Below are positions 19,486-29,816 of a stretch of DNA of 64,000 nt, piece by piece. The DNA is from Candidatus Nomurabacteria bacterium GW2011_GWD2_36_14. Its GTDB lineage: Bacteria > Patescibacteriota > Minisyncoccia > Phycocordibacterales > UBA9973. Each line of letters starts with the position of its first letter. Positions within the stretch are counted from its first letter, which is position 1. The notes below the pieces were generated by a model. The model was not told the DNA's origin, made no database searches, and was given only the letters and a program-made list of their open reading frames with translations. A program made the translations under genes and the position numbers. The stretch spans positions 7,583 through 71,582 of the forward strand of contig LBRL01000002.1 of assembly GCA_000991405.1 (NCBI GenBank). The letters are read 5' to 3'.

Positions 19486-20166
19486 TTATTTCAATTTAAC
19501 TGAATCCATCATTTTAATAAAATCAGCTTCTGTTATACTGGTATTTTCAGGTATAAAAACAAAAGACAAGCAAGGGAATCTCCAATTGTTCGTTTTTAAT
19601 TTGAAATATGCAATATAAGCAAGTGGGACTCCAAAAAAATCATCTGGTGGTTCTTCTTTAAATAATTCATATTTATATGGATCTCCATTTTTAGTTATAT
19701 TAGTGGAATTATCAGCACATTTATCGGAATTAGATTCTCCAAGATTCAAGCCCCTTCCTGCAATATAATCTCGACTTAGACCAGTAAAATAAAAACTTGG
19801 AGATGCCTTAGAAATAACTCCTCTAAACATTTCACCCTTTTCTCCTGGAAAAATAAATTTGTAACCAAAATGATTTTCATCTACATAGGCTTCGTCCATA
19901 GTTTTAATTTCTCCATATTTACTAGGATACTCAATAGAAAATCCGATATCTTTATTTTCATACCTCTTAACTAATTCTGATCCATTTACCTTCATGCCGG
20001 TATTTTCTACCATACTTTGCTTTTCATCTTGTATTAAAGGCATATATGTCTCCTGATTCTTGTACATGAATCTTAAGGCAATTATCATGAGAATAATAAG
20101 TACCAATAGAAGAATTGTATTCAACCACGAACTATAGAATTTTGACCCCCAATATTTATTTTCCAT
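19486..20166 (-). CDS. hypothetical membrane-anchored protein
   Basis: Single N-terminal TM (ILLLVLIILMIIAL) followed by a soluble domain. It lies 4 nt from htpX. Confidence 0.45.
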   Translation of the reverse strand: MENKYWGSKFYSSWLNTILLLVLIILMIIALRFMYKNQETYMPLIQDEKQSMVENTGMKVNGSELVKRYENKDIGFSIEYPSKYGEIKTMDEAYVDENHFGYKFIFPGEKGEMFRGVISKASPSFYFTGLSRDYIAGRGLNLGESNSDKCADNSTNITKNGDPYKYELFKEEPPDDFFGVPLAYIAYFKLKTNNWRFPCLSFVFIPENTSITEADFIKMMDSVKLK

Positions 20167-20170
20167 AATT

Positions 20171-20704
20171 TTATAAATTAATTATATTATCTAAAGTATT
20201 AGTCATATCTTTTAAATAAGAATTTAAACTTTTCATTGTTATGTAAAAAATACTGATCTGTAATATTTCCCTATTACTAATAAGAGAAATTGGTTGTTCA
20301 GAATCTTTAATTCCTTTCATTGACTCTATAAGATCATCTTTTTCTTCTCTTAAATTCCAAATTATTCCTTGAACAGAAATCATCTTATTTTTAAAGTCAA
20401 ATAATTTTTTTATTACCGAATAGTTACCTTTAGAATTTTCTTTTTCAATAAAATTTATTAGCTCATTATGAAAGTTCCTTATTAAAGGACCATCGGCTAT
20501 TTTATCACTACTTAAAAACTCAATAACCTGTATTCCTTTTTGGGTAAAAGGTAGTTTATTTCTTTCTTGTTCTACCATATTCCAATCTTGCTCAAGAGAT
20601 GAAACCTCTTTTAAGACTTCGTTTAATCTTTCTTTGTATTCAAAGAATTTAGAAGATTCAGGACTGTTATTTGTATCTTTGTTTTCCCAATTACCGTTTT
20701 CCAT
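20171..20704 (-). CDS. hypothetical cytoplasmic protein
   Basis: ORF packed tightly between lemA and the membrane-anchored protein. No recognised motif. Confidence 0.45.
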   Translation of the reverse strand: MENGNWENKDTNNSPESSKFFEYKERLNEVLKEVSSLEQDWNMVEQERNKLPFTQKGIQVIEFLSSDKIADGPLIRNFHNELINFIEKENSKGNYSVIKKLFDFKNKMISVQGIIWNLREEKDDLIESMKGIKDSEQPISLISNREILQISIFYITMKSLNSYLKDMTNTLDNIINL

Positions 20705-20714
20705 ATTGTAATTT

Positions 20715-21272
20715 TTAGAATTTTACTTCGACTGGATTCTTCTCGGCACTGTCAGCTTCAAGTTCGAAGAATTCTAACATTTTAAAGCCAAACATTCCGG
20801 CAATTATGTTACCAGGGAACATTTGCACTCCTGTGTTGAAGTCACGAACATTACCATTGTAGAATCGGCGTGAAGCCATAACTTTATTTTCTGTATCAGC
20901 TAATTCACTTTGCAATTGAAGAAAGTTTGTATTGGCCTTCAAATCTGGATAAGCTTCTGAAACAGCAAAAAGTGACTTAAGTGCACCAGAGAGCATGTTC
21001 TCTGCTTCCCCTTTTTCTGCTAGTGTACCAGCTTGCATTGCCTTTGAACGAGCTTCTGTAACTTTCTCGAAAGTTCCTGCTTCGTGAGTAGCATAACCCT
21101 TCACTGTGTTTACTAAGTTTGGAATCAAGTCATAACGACGCTTAAGCTGAACATCTATATCTGCCCATGCTTCTTGTGCACGAGTTTTTAATGTAACGAA
21201 ACCATTGTATTTAACAACTAAATACAAAACAAATGCGACTACTACTGCTATAACAATATATAAAATTGGCAT
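20715..21272 (-). CDS. lemA: LemA family protein
   Basis: N-terminal TM followed by NGFVTLKTRAQEAWADIDVQLKRRYDLIPNLV, which is characteristic of LemA. Confidence 0.8.
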   Translation of the reverse strand: MPILYIVIAVVVAFVLYLVVKYNGFVTLKTRAQEAWADIDVQLKRRYDLIPNLVNTVKGYATHEAGTFEKVTEARSKAMQAGTLAEKGEAENMLSGALKSLFAVSEAYPDLKANTNFLQLQSELADTENKVMASRRFYNGNVRDFNTGVQMFPGNIIAGMFGFKMLEFFELEADSAEKNPVEVKF

Positions 21273-21495
21273 ATTATGGATTAGGTTCTAGTAATTAGGT
21301 TCTAGTGACTAGAAACAATAACTAAAAACAAATTAAATTATTAAGGCGACTTTGTACAGATTCTATTATAGCACAAATGCTCCGCTGGCAAAGCCAGCGG
21401 AGCATTGTACTAATCACTAGAAACTAGCTACTAGAACCTATTTCTTCCCTAAAACTTTTGAGTACAAAAGTTCGGGCGAAAATAAGTGAGTATAC

Positions 21496-22377
21496 TTATT
21501 TTTTAGCCTGCATACCTTGCACTAATACCAGCATTGGGGAAGCCAAGAAGATAGATGAATATGTTCCAAAGAACATACCAGCTGTCAGCATAAGGGCGAA
21601 TACTTTCGTACTGGCAGGACCAAAGAATACAAGAGCTAACAATGCGATGATGACAGTTGAAGACGTAGCTATTGATCGAGTATAGACTTGGTCTAGACTT
21701 CTTCCAACAGTCTCATCGAATGTCTTGAAGTGTCCTACGCGAATATTCTCTCGAATACGGTCGAAGACGACGATGGTATCTGAAACGGAAAGTCCGAGAA
21801 TTGTAAGTATAGCTACCACGAAGAGTGTGTCTACTTCTACTCCAGAGAAGTGACTAAGGACCGCAAAGACTCCTACAGGAATGATGATATCGTGGATCAA
21901 AGTAATAATAGCGATGAAACCATACTTCCAAGAAGATACGGGCTTCGAAACTTTTCTGAAAGAAAATGCAATCCAGAAGATGATTCCAAGTGACACAAGT
22001 ATGAAGGAAATTATTGACTTGCGTACAAGTTCTGCACCGACTGATGGACCGATAGAAGTAAAGCTCTTCTCAACTGCATCTTGACCTAGTGCAGTTAGTA
22101 TTTCCTTGTGTTCCTTGTCTGTAATGTCGCGAGTCTTGATACTGTAGCCCTTCTCACCTATTGGCTGTATAAGAGCTTGCCCAATAGACAAAGTCTTGAG
22201 ACTAGCATCTACGACAGTTTGCTCTGGGCGAATGGTCGTATATTCTACTTCTGTGAGAGATCCCCCTTTGAAGTCAATCCCCATGTTTAAACCGAAGTAT
22301 GCGATAGCCCCGATAGATAGAACAACTAAAGCGATTGAAATTGAAACGAATATTTTTTTGTATTTTATTATAAACAT
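21496..22377 (-). CDS. secF: protein translocase subunit SecF
   Basis: GIDFKGGS near the N-terminus, six TM segments, and synteny with secD. Confidence 0.85.
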   Translation of the reverse strand: MFIIKYKKIFVSISIALVVLSIGAIAYFGLNMGIDFKGGSLTEVEYTTIRPEQTVVDASLKTLSIGQALIQPIGEKGYSIKTRDITDKEHKEILTALGQDAVEKSFTSIGPSVGAELVRKSIISFILVSLGIIFWIAFSFRKVSKPVSSWKYGFIAIITLIHDIIIPVGVFAVLSHFSGVEVDTLFVVAILTILGLSVSDTIVVFDRIRENIRVGHFKTFDETVGRSLDQVYTRSIATSSTVIIALLALVFFGPASTKVFALMLTAGMFFGTYSSIFLASPMLVLVQGMQAKK

Positions 22378-22380
22378 AAA

Positions 22381-23769
22381 TTATTTTTGAGCTTTAGCAC
22401 TACTAAATCCCGACCCGAATAAAAAGTTGGTGAATCCGTTTGTTTTTTTAATATTTAAGGTATAAAGGAATATTCTTGTAATAGAAATTGCAGAAATCAA
22501 AGAGACCAATACACCAATCAAGAACACAAGTGCAAAACCTTTTATAAGGGTTGTACCAAACCAGTAAAGAATAATTGCTGTAATAATACTTGAGATATTG
22601 GAATCACGAACTGAGAGCCATGCACGCTTAAAACCATGATGCATAGAGTCAGCTACAGTGCTTCCACCTCTTAACTCTTCCTTAATACGTTCAAATATAA
22701 GCACGTTGGCATCGACAGCAATACCGAGCGAGATGATGAATCCTGCAATACCAGCCGCGGTAAGAGTCACAGGCACAAGCTTGAATATAGCGAGCATTGC
22801 AACCACATAGATAGACAATGCAACAGTAGCTATAAGTCCTGGAAGTCTGTACCAAATGATCAAGAAGAGTGCAATAGCAAGGAATCCGATAAGTGCAGCC
22901 TTCACTCCTGCAGCTGTAGCAGCGGTACCAAGTGATGGACCAATAGTTTGTGTAGAGATAAGTTCAATAGCAACAGGAAGAGCTCCAGAATTCAAACGCC
23001 CAACGAGAAGCTTGGCTTCTGTAGCTTTGAAATTACCAGATATTTGAGCTTTACCACCTGTAATAGATTCGTTGACTACAGGAATAGAAATAGGCTGACC
23101 ATCAAGGAAGATAGCAACAGTCTTGCCAACATTTTCACTAGTTATCTTTTCAAAAAGTTTTGAACCTTCTTCATTGAACTGCAGAGAAACCTTAGGCTCA
23201 CCTGTACTCTGATCAAATTCAAGAATTGCCTTGTCTAAAAAGCGACCAGTAAGCTCTGTCTTCGCATATTTGGAAGCATATTGATCAATGACGACTTTGC
23301 CATCTTTACCTACAGTAGCTTCTATGGGAGCATCTTTTATAGGATTCTCTGTACGAAAATCAAGCATAGGAGTCTCACCAATCATTGCAATAGCGCTTGA
23401 GACATCGGTCACTCCCGGAAGATCCACGATGAGACGTTGCTCGCCTTGATTAGAGAATCCTCCATCTTGTACTTGGATAGAAGGTTCTGAAACTCCGAAA
23501 ATATTGATGCGTCTTTCAATGACATCACGAAGAGAACTCATGGAGTCTCCTATCTCTGTCGCATCAATCTCTGATACGTCTGCTCTATACACTAAATGTG
23601 TACCACCCGATAGATCAAGTCCAAGCTTGAATGGATGTGTAGATAGAAAACCCTTAGGAGTAGCGTCTTTGGCAACTGCCATCTTAGCCATCTCTGATTT
23701 ATAAACAAAGAAACCAATCCCCGCGCCTAATAATAAGATAAGTAATGCTGTAATTCTTGTTTTCCACAT
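22381..23769 (-). CDS. secD: protein translocase subunit SecD
   Basis: GLDLSGGTHLVY motif, a large periplasmic domain and a C-terminal six-TM bundle. It lies 4 nt upstream of secF. Confidence 0.85.
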   Translation of the reverse strand: MWKTRITALLILLLGAGIGFFVYKSEMAKMAVAKDATPKGFLSTHPFKLGLDLSGGTHLVYRADVSEIDATEIGDSMSSLRDVIERRINIFGVSEPSIQVQDGGFSNQGEQRLIVDLPGVTDVSSAIAMIGETPMLDFRTENPIKDAPIEATVGKDGKVVIDQYASKYAKTELTGRFLDKAILEFDQSTGEPKVSLQFNEEGSKLFEKITSENVGKTVAIFLDGQPISIPVVNESITGGKAQISGNFKATEAKLLVGRLNSGALPVAIELISTQTIGPSLGTAATAAGVKAALIGFLAIALFLIIWYRLPGLIATVALSIYVVAMLAIFKLVPVTLTAAGIAGFIISLGIAVDANVLIFERIKEELRGGSTVADSMHHGFKRAWLSVRDSNISSIITAIILYWFGTTLIKGFALVFLIGVLVSLISAISITRIFLYTLNIKKTNGFTNFLFGSGFSSAKAQK

Positions 23770-23811
23770 AATAGGCCTATTTTATAGCGTTTTGGTGAAA
23801 ATAGCAAGTTA

Positions 23812-24399
23812 CTATTTCACAAATTTACCCTTAAAAATAAGGTTAAAAATAGAAGCAACCATAATTCCAAAAATATAACCCAAAAGAATATCTATTGGGA
23901 AATGAATACCTGAAGCCACTCTAGCTAACCCTACTATCAAAGCGACAAATATATAAAGTACTCCAATTCTTTTGTGTATAAAAAATAGTGACGTAGCTAA
24001 AGCACCAAAGAACATAGCATGCCCTGACGGGAAGGAATCCATTCCTCCGTGCAAAAACAAGGGCTTAAGATTCTCAAAATAAATAAATGGACGAGGAGAA
24101 ACAATAAAGTGTTTTAAAACAGTGGCTATCCCCCATGCAGACAAACTGGTAATCAATACAAAAGTTATTTCTTTTAATTTATTTTTTAATTGTAAAAATG
24201 GCACGTGGTAATCAAACACTCCGTCTGTGTGGAAAAACAAAAAGACAACAGCAATAGCTATCATTATGTATCCAAAGGTCTCAGCCGAAAAAATAATCAG
24301 CCAATCACCAAAAAGTGACTGGTGGGCTAAACTAAATATTTTCAAAAAAATTATATTGTTCATAAGATTTATATGATCAAAAAATGAGTTTGAATACAA
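23812..24399 (-). CDS. PAP2-family phosphatase (undecaprenyl-diphosphatase-like)
   Basis: PAP2 motifs KHFIVSPRP and SFPSGHA within a polytopic membrane protein. Confidence 0.7.
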   Translation of the reverse strand: MYSNSFFDHINLMNNIIFLKIFSLAHQSLFGDWLIIFSAETFGYIMIAIAVVFLFFHTDGVFDYHVPFLQLKNKLKEITFVLITSLSAWGIATVLKHFIVSPRPFIYFENLKPLFLHGGMDSFPSGHAMFFGALATSLFFIHKRIGVLYIFVALIVGLARVASGIHFPIDILLGYIFGIMVASIFNLIFKGKFVK

Positions 24400-24489
24400 G
24401 GCGACGATGAGTATTGCGACTAAAATGTATAAATATACATTGCAGGAGCAAACGGAATCGGCAACGCAGTAGGCAAGCCCATTTTTTGA

Positions 24490-25608
24490 TTATATACCAA
24501 GAAATTCATTTCTCATATCATCCTTATGTGCAACTCTCCTGTATTTATTCATACCCATTAGAATTCCCAAGCCTATAAACTCAGTTAATAAATGTGAACC
24601 TCCGTAACTCATGAAAGGAAGCGTAATCCCCGTCACCGGCATGATGCCAATATTCATACCAATATTTACAATAAAGTGACTCATAAAGTATATGGCCAAC
24701 CCGACTCCAAAAAGAATTTCAAAGTTGGTCGCCCCCAGAAGAGCAATGTGCAAAATTCGCCAAATGATCAGTCCCAAGAATAAGAAGAGAAGTACAGCAC
24801 CGATGAAGCCCCACTCTTCGACAAAGGCGGCGAAGATGAAGTCTGTCTGGTACTCTGGCAAGAATTTAAGTCGAGATTGTGTGCCAAATCCAACACCTTT
24901 CCCTACTATCTGACCAGAACCCACAGCAATAGTTGACTGGTAGACGTTGTATCCTGAACCACGAATATCATTCATAGGGTTAACGAAGTTCATGACTCGA
25001 TCTTTCTGATAAGGTTGAAAGACAAATAGCCAAAGACAAACGAAAGCCACTACTCCGACAGAGACAACAATTAAAAAGTATTTGCGAGAAATACCAGAGA
25101 CGAGAGTCATTCCTATCCAAATGAAAAAGATAATGATAGCACTCCCAAAGTCTGGCTGTAAAAAAACGAGAAGAAAAGGTATAAATGCATAAAGGCCGGA
25201 AATGAGTATGTGCTTGAAGTTGTCTATTTCTACGTGACGACGGGAGAAATACTTGGCAAGCATAAGTATGACCACTAACTTCATCATGTCGGAAGGCTGG
25301 AAAGAAAATCCCCCAAATGAAAACCACGACTGGGCACCGTTGGAAGTATGCCCGAAAATAAACAGTAATATGAGCAAAAAAGAAAAGATTCCAAATATCG
25401 TGACTAAGACATCTGTCCTTTTTAAAAATCTAAAATCAATATAAGATAAAAAGAAAAAAACAGCAAAAGAAATCCCGATCCAAATAAGCTGATGGGAGAA
25501 GAATGGAGTAACTTCTGTAAATGACTTCATCGTTATGAGCCCAGCCAGAAGGACTGGTAGGGTAAAAACAAAAAGAAGCCAGTCAATACCTAAGCGTCGT
25601 GATTGCAT
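24490..25608 (-). CDS. SEDS-family peptidoglycan glycosyltransferase FtsW/RodA
   Basis: Ten-TM protein with the conserved C-terminal region GITLPFMSYGGSHLL. Confidence 0.85.
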   Translation of the reverse strand: MQSRRLGIDWLLFVFTLPVLLAGLITMKSFTEVTPFFSHQLIWIGISFAVFFFLSYIDFRFLKRTDVLVTIFGIFSFLLILLFIFGHTSNGAQSWFSFGGFSFQPSDMMKLVVILMLAKYFSRRHVEIDNFKHILISGLYAFIPFLLVFLQPDFGSAIIIFFIWIGMTLVSGISRKYFLIVVSVGVVAFVCLWLFVFQPYQKDRVMNFVNPMNDIRGSGYNVYQSTIAVGSGQIVGKGVGFGTQSRLKFLPEYQTDFIFAAFVEEWGFIGAVLLFLFLGLIIWRILHIALLGATNFEILFGVGLAIYFMSHFIVNIGMNIGIMPVTGITLPFMSYGGSHLLTEFIGLGILMGMNKYRRVAHKDDMRNEFLGI

Positions 25609-25614
25609 ACAAAT

Positions 25615-26391
25615 TTAGAAAGAAACACTAAAAGGATTAATCGAGACCAGTACATCTTTGATTACAGGCTCGCCAGTCAAAGCTTCCGGCCAAGTGAAGA
25701 AGACCGTCGTATCGCTACCACTTTTGAGCCCGTCCTTTATAGTCTTCGAAGCGTTTATAGCATTGTGATCTACGTCATAAAGGATAGCTATAACCTCAAA
25801 TGAAGGTAAGTCTTGGATGGATTCATTCTTGATACGAGCAGAAAGGCTTGGGCTCTTCTTGTCTTCGCCCATTGCGATGTTGTCGACAAATACTTCTAAG
25901 TTGTTGAGTGTCGGTGCCCTCTTGGTCCAAACGAGTGGATCAGTAAACTCAAATGTAACACTTTTGACTTGTGCAACTCCGGGATCAAAGCGTGCTTCAA
26001 AGATAGCAAACTGCTTGCTGGGAGGAATGAAGGTGGTACCCTCCCTTCTACCGATCAAGCGATTGTTCACATCGTAAACTCTAAATTCATAAGATGCATT
26101 TTCTACTCCGGAATTATTATTTTGATTCTCAACGAATGCTACCAAGTTATAGATATTGCCAGTAACAGGAAAAGCTCTACTCCATAGAACTACAGGATCT
26201 GATACATCCTTCTTGCACATGAGCGAGCATGAGCCTCCACAGTCTACCCCAGTCTCGTCGCCGTTTTGCTTCAGGTCTGTACAAGTTGGCTTCGGAAAAA
26301 TTATTGGATACAAAACCCAAAAAAGAATCAAAACTATAAACAAAAGCAATCCGCCCACATATTGTAACTTTCTTTTAGTTGCCCAATTCAT
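25615..26391 (-). CDS. hypothetical membrane-anchored extracellular protein
   Basis: N-terminal TM, a Cys-rich stretch (CTDLKQNGDETGVDCGGSCSLMC) and a beta-rich domain. Confidence 0.45.
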   Translation of the reverse strand: MNWATKRKLQYVGGLLLFIVLILFWVLYPIIFPKPTCTDLKQNGDETGVDCGGSCSLMCKKDVSDPVVLWSRAFPVTGNIYNLVAFVENQNNNSGVENASYEFRVYDVNNRLIGRREGTTFIPPSKQFAIFEARFDPGVAQVKSVTFEFTDPLVWTKRAPTLNNLEVFVDNIAMGEDKKSPSLSARIKNESIQDLPSFEVIAILYDVDHNAINASKTIKDGLKSGSDTTVFFTWPEALTGEPVIKDVLVSINPFSVSF

Positions 26392-26484
26392 ATGGGCGTA
26401 TTATACCATATCTAAATATATTTCTAAACAAAAATCCGCCTCAAAATGAAGCGGAAGATTTGTATGTATAATTTTTACGGTAAA

Positions 26485-26739
26485 TTACTTACTTTTTTTA
26501 AGAAGTAAATCAATTTTATTATTTTGTTGATTTATTGTATTCACAAGATTAGAATAACTTGATTCACTTGATCTGTATGTATCTACCATCATAGTACCCA
26601 ATGCAAAAACCAAACCAAGAAGAGTAATAAAAAGTACAACAATAACACCCATACTAATTATTTCAGAAAGTTTTTGTCTTTTCTTTAAATCTTCAATATC
26701 AGATTGATGCTGACCAATTTGTTTTAAATCTATTGCCAT
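26485..26739 (-). CDS. small hypothetical membrane protein
   Basis: 84-aa ORF with a single TM. Confidence 0.35.
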   Translation of the reverse strand: MAIDLKQIGQHQSDIEDLKKRQKLSEIISMGVIVVLFITLLGLVFALGTMMVDTYRSSESSYSNLVNTINQQNNKIDLLLKKSK

Positions 26740-26990
26740 AATTTGTTTCTTATTGGGTCATCTGTGAATTTAGCTATAAAACTCTTTATCTCTGCAGTTC
26801 TCTTATTCACAAATACAACTAGTAAAATTCCACTGGTAGGCTGAAGAAAGTTTAGAGTAGTATCACTATTTATTGTAGGGTCGCTAATAGCATAGTGTCC
26901 AGGCATTTTAACCCAATCACCAATACCAGTAGTTCCATTCAATTCAATTAATATATCAGATATTGTTATATTAGGGGGTGGTATATTCAT
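26730..26990 (-). CDS. hypothetical protein
   Basis: 86-aa ORF overlapping the downstream gene by 10 nt. Confidence 0.35.
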   Translation of the reverse strand: MNIPPPNITISDILIELNGTTGIGDWVKMPGHYAISDPTINSDTTLNFLQPTSGILLVVFVNKRTAEIKSFIAKFTDDPIRNKLWQ

Positions 26991-27118
26991 ACTTATTATA
27001 ATATCAAATTTACGATAAAAATGATATGTCTACCATTGTTTATTTATTTCTGAACATCACAACAAACTATAATATATAAATATTTATATATTATAGTTAA
27101 ATTCTTTGTTCTGGTGTG

Positions 27119-27299
27119 AAGTCGGGACGGGACCCGACTGCAAGGCCGGAGGCAGGCGTGCCGAGGCGGGGTCGCGGAAATTTTCAGTAGAAAATTATCC
27201 GTGTAAACCTACTTTGTAATTCTCTGGGGGTTATCGCCAGAATATCAATTCTGGCGAAAAGAAAAACTACTACGTTTTTAATGTAGTAGTTTTTCTTTT
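27119..27299. ncRNA. candidate structured small RNA (GC-rich, about 180 nt) ending in a bidirectional terminator; identity unknown
   Basis: About 65% GC in a genome of about 33% GC. Hairpins include GTCGGG-ACGGGA-CCCGAC, CGCCAGAAT-ATCA-ATTCTGGCG, and AAAAACTACTAC-GTTTTTAAT-GTAGTAGTTTTT followed by a T-run. The element is bounded by a 22-nt direct repeat, tagttaaattctttgttctggYg, at 27096 and 27299. Confidence 0.3.
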
Positions 27300-27312
27300 A
27301 GTTAAATTCTTT

Positions 27313-27424
27313 GTTCTGGCGACAACCTACTTTCCCCATAAAAGAGTATCATCGGCATAACGGTGCTTAACTTCTGTGTTCGGAATGAGAACAGGTGTGA
27401 CCACCATATCGAATCACCAGAACA
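27313..27424 (-). rRNA. rrf: 5S ribosomal RNA
   Basis: The minus strand reads TTCTGGTGATTCGATATGGTGGTCACACCTGTTCTCATTCCGAACACAGAAGTTAAGCACCGTTATGCCGATGATACTC...GGGAAAGTAGGTTGTCGCCAGAAC, matching 5S helices I-V. Confidence 0.85.
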
Positions 27425-27862
27425 AAAGATTCAACTAATTTTCAAATATTTTGCTGGAATTTTTGCTTGGCAAAAATTCCAGACATGATACCTGAAAACT
27501 GAATACTGTAGAACACTCGCCTTTTCGGCGAGTCGCCGATAAGGCGACAACAACAATGATTTTCACATTTCCTAATAGGAATCGAACGATTAGTACACCT
27601 CGGCTAAAGACATTACTGTCTGTACACCTAGTGCCTATCAACCTAATCATCTCTTAGGTTTCTCAAACGATTCCTCATCTTGAAGTTGGCTTCGTTCTTA
27701 GATGCTTTCAGAACTTATCCATTCCCGACATAGCTACTGGGCAGTCCACTTGGCAGTAGAGCCCACACACCAGAGGTCAGTCCACTCCGGTCCTCTCGTA
27801 CTAAGAGCAGATCTTCTCAAGAATCAACGCCTGCAGTAGATAGGAGACCAACCTGTCTCACG

Positions 27863-28268
27863 CATCTATATTTTACTTCCTAAAACTTTTGTAAACAAAA
27901 GTTCGGACGATCATTTTTTACTAAAAATGATTTAGTCTCTTCATTTTTGCGCGTTTAAATACAAAAATGGGAACCACAATTACTTGTGGGATTGGACTAT
28001 AACTTTCTCTTTTGATTTCTCAAAAAATATTTCACATTTAGTCTCTACGGGTGCTTACGCTTCCCTCGGTATTATCCTCTTTTATAAAAGTAGGACTTCA
28101 CCGATATAAGTGAAATTCTCCCCGTCGTTTTATTGGCGGGGCCGCCGTGATATACACAACTGTGTATAGCGGTCTTAATCTCAGATTAAAACATTGAAAG
28201 AAATATACGAGATTTCTTTACTTTCCTCGACGGTTCAAACTGTTAAAATCACAATCGTTTATGATCTT
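27863..28268 (-). mobile_element. ORF-less group I intron-like insertion in 23S rRNA at the I-CreI-type site
   Basis: The exon context is GGGTTCAAACCGTT | intron | CGTGAGACAGG, against E. coli GGGTTTAGAACGT|CGTGAGACAG. The insert is about 406 nt, ends in G, follows a U, and is AT-rich. It contains GAGACUAAAUG...UAUAGUCC (a P7-like pairing) and GNRA hairpins UUUUGA-GAAA-UCAAAA and CCACAA-GUAA-UUGUGG. No ORF is present. Confidence 0.55.
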
Positions 28269-28584
28269 AACGGTTTGAACCCAGCTCGCGTACCTTTTTA
28301 ATTAGCGAACAGCTAAACCCTTGGCAGCTTCTCCACCACCAGGATAAGGTGAGCCGACATCGAGGTGCCGAACTCCGCCGTCGATATGAACTCTTAGGCG
28401 GAACTAGCCTGTTATCCCTAGAGTAGCTTTTATCCGTTAATCTTCATCCGCATCTAATGCGAAATGTCGGTTCACTATGTTCTACTTTCGTATCTGCTCG
28501 ACATGTACGTCTTACAGTTAAGCTAGCTTGTGCCATTACACTATCGGCACGGTTTCCATTCGCGCCTAGCTAACCTTAATAAAC

Positions 28585-28625
<41 letters not shown>

Positions 28626-28928
28626 ACCCACCAGATACTGTCTCTCTAAGTTTTTGCCTTAGAGATTAGAGCATATTATTGTAAAGAATGGTATTTCACT
28701 GACGAGTAGATCAGAGCCGAGACCCTAACCATCAAACCTCTCCCATCTATGCTACGCATTAAAACAATATACTCAATATCAAGCTGCAGTAAAGCTTCTA
28801 GGGTCTTTTCGTCTATCTGCAGGTAACCGGCATCTTCACCGGTATTGTATTTTCACCGAGCAGGTCTTCGAGACAGTTCTCCAGTCATTACACCATTCGT
28901 GCGCGTCGGAACTTACCCGACAAGGTAC

Positions 28929-28969
<41 letters not shown>

Positions 28970-29784
28970 CAGGGCTTATATCAGCCAGCACACAATCTTG
29001 CGACCATGCACCACCGATATTTGACCTTCTGGCATTGGTCAGGTGTCACCCCCTATACATCCTCTTGCGAGTTCGCAGGGAGCTGTGTTTTTGATAAACA
29101 GTTGCCAGAGATACTTTCGCTGCGGCCAAACTTAATAAATTAAGAATGGCAAGCCTTATTCCAAAGTTACGGCTGCTTTTTTGCCGAGTTCCTTGAAGAC
29201 CTCTCACTCGTTCGCCTTGGTCTACTCGACCTGATCACCTGTGTCGGTTTGCGGTACGGATTCTATTGCATTAACCTTAGATACTTTTCTTGGAAGCGTG
29301 CTTTATAAAATCTACAGAGGCGAACCCCTATATTTAAGTTTTGCTTGGATGTTACTTTTACGTCATCTCCCGGATTTTCCTAAGAGACATCCTTACTAAC
29401 ATACTCAAATCCAATAATGAGCTTTATATACTACACTCCGTCCTATCATCGGATACAACAGAAGTCATGGAATATTAACCATGTGCCCATCGGGTGCGGC
29501 TTTCGCCATCCCCTTAGGACCGACTAACCCTGGGATGATAATCATTGCCCAGGAAACCTTGATCTTTCGGCGGGTAGGGATCTCACCTACCTTGCGGTTA
29601 CTTGTGCCAACATTCTTACTTCCACACGCTCCACCATGAGTCACCTCTTTGGCTTCGACGCTGAGTGGAATACTCTCCTACCGCTCCCGATTTTAAAAAA
29701 TTGGAAGCCCTCAATTTCGGTAATATACTTAGCCCCGATTATTTTCGGTGCGAAATCTCTTAGTGAGTGAGCTGTTACGCTTTC

Positions 29785-29816
<32 letters not shown>

